This document shows, piece by piece, positions 62,925 to 64,000 of a DNA stretch of 64,000 nucleotides (position 1 is the stretch's first letter; every line of letters starts with the position of its first letter). Location of the stretch: contig CAWAUM010000010.1 of NCBI GenBank assembly GCA_963785235.1, positions 160,001 to 224,000 on the forward strand, read 5' to 3'. This DNA comes from an uncultured delta proteobacterium. Lineage in GTDB: Bacteria > Desulfobacterota > Desulfomonilia > UBA1062. Made by a program: the position numbers and the translations under genes. The notes under the pieces were generated by a model. It saw nothing but the letters and a program-made list of their open reading frames with translations. It had not been told where the DNA came from and ran no database searches.

Positions 62925-63283
62925 AGATCCCCCATGCAAGATTTTTTCTGAAGAATTGCATTGACTTTCAGACCGGATAGATCATGGCTGGAAAGCATTC
63001 TATTACATCCCCGTTGAGCGAATGAACACCTCCATTGCACATGCAACGGGACAAGCCCTCTTCCATGAAAGAGCACAGTCCATAAAGCCGTAGGTGCATT
63101 GTATTCAAACTTTGATAAATTGCAATTGCGAATATCGTTGTGTACCAAAGCGCATTAAGTGGTCCGCAGATGGACAGCAACCACCCTAAGGCTCTGATCT
63201 GATTGTGATCACAGGTGATTTTCCCCTTGAGATTGCAGGTCAAACGGCCGTATAATAACAAGCATATATGAGGAGGTGCGCAT

Positions 63284-63544
63284 ATGGCTGATGAAAAGAA
63301 GCTCATCGGGAAAGTGACCCACTTTTTCAGCAAGATCAATGTCGCCGGCATCCAGCTCAGTGACACACTCAAGGTCGGGGAAAAGATCTCTATCGTCGGG
63401 GCAACCACGAACTTTGAAGAGAACATCGATTCCATGCAGATCGACAACAAGTCAGTAATAGAGGCCAAGGCAGGAGATCTCATCGGTATCAAGGTGAAGG
63501 ACAAGACCAGAGTCGGCGACGACGTCTATCTTATTGCCGGCTAA
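63284..63544 (+). CDS. Small beta-barrel protein (translation-factor-like / U32 peptidase C-terminal-like)
   Basis: IGKVTHFFSKINVA...LKVGE...SMQID...GIKV...RVGDDVY; RBS GAGGAGGT; TATAAT at 63251. Confidence 0.8.
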   Translation: MADEKKLIGKVTHFFSKINVAGIQLSDTLKVGEKISIVGATTNFEENIDSMQIDNKSVIEAKAGDLIGIKVKDKTRVGDDVYLIAG

Positions 63545-63612
63545 ATCAATCTGGTTCTCAATGGGGTTGCATCCCCGGAAGTTATGGGTGCATCGAACTG
63601 CATACTCAGGCT

Positions 63613-64000
63613 TTAGTTCCTTGAACCTGCACGCTGATTACCTTTCGCCTTCTCTACCTCCAGCGTCACCTTTACCATGGGTGCCTGGTTATTCTTGAAC
63701 CGTATCCTGTTGGGATACACGAGCCTCATATTCAATGTCTGGGATGCAGTAATTCCTGTAAGGTCTATGGGCTCTGTGGTGATGTAGATCCTGTTGCCGG
63801 TAATGGCGAAAGGCGCAAGAACAACAAGGGTCTCCGGCTCGATGGTAATCTTCTGGATATCATACCCGGTAGGCAAATGGCCGGATGTATCAATGAAGAC
63901 CCTCACCTCGCGGGGATAAAGTTTATGGGCAGAGATGAGAATCCTGTCAGGCTTGAATTTAACAACGGTTATGTTTGAAGGGATGTTCACCATATCCGAA
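63613..64000 (-). CDS. CdaR/YbbR-like protein, 3' part
   Basis: G.LPTGY...ITIEP...ITTEPIDLTGIT...VKVTLEV resembles a YbbR repeat; runs off the window. Confidence 0.65.
   Translation of the reverse strand, partial: SDMVNIPSNITVVKFKPDRILISAHKLYPREVRVFIDTSGHLPTGYDIQKITIEPETLVVLAPFAITGNRIYITTEPIDLTGITASQTLNMRLVYPNRIRFKNNQAPMVKVTLEVEKAKGNQRAGSRN

Overview
64 kb of chromosomal DNA from an anaerobic bacterium. Gene content suggests Desulfobacterota/deltaproteobacteria, which is inference. Housekeeping blocks are dprA-topA-trmFO, csp, pepD, serA/purA, thrS-infC-rpmI-rplT-pheS-pheT and tRNA-Val(GAC). They flank a large acyl-CoA catabolism region (about 22-44 kb) with two clusters: an XRE-cupin-associated thiolase-like/DUF35/acyl-CoA dehydrogenase/CoA-transferase cluster, and a TetR-associated atu/liu-like biotin carboxylase cluster. 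Many genes, including essential thrS and infC, are split by small indels, so these are treated as sequencing/assembly errors rather than pseudogenes. The strongest finding is absent from the ORF track: a complete ribosome-mediated transcription attenuator upstream of iorA. It has a 22-aa leader peptide (MFEKTATRAYYYGFYFRKGVCP) and mutually exclusive protector, antiterminator and terminator helices. This implies Tyr/Phe-controlled, probably biosynthetic, use of the arylpyruvate:ferredoxin oxidoreductase. Other observations: long perfect intergenic palindromes with co-varying arms; an inverted-repeat element with a stuttering end; an in-frame mini-serA relic; a duplicated atuA tail; a Cys-less thiolase-like protein paired with DUF35; paired TetR operator boxes; and a possible tRNA-Val 3' scar in front of thrS. 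No CRISPR array, rRNA, intact transposase or integrase was seen.
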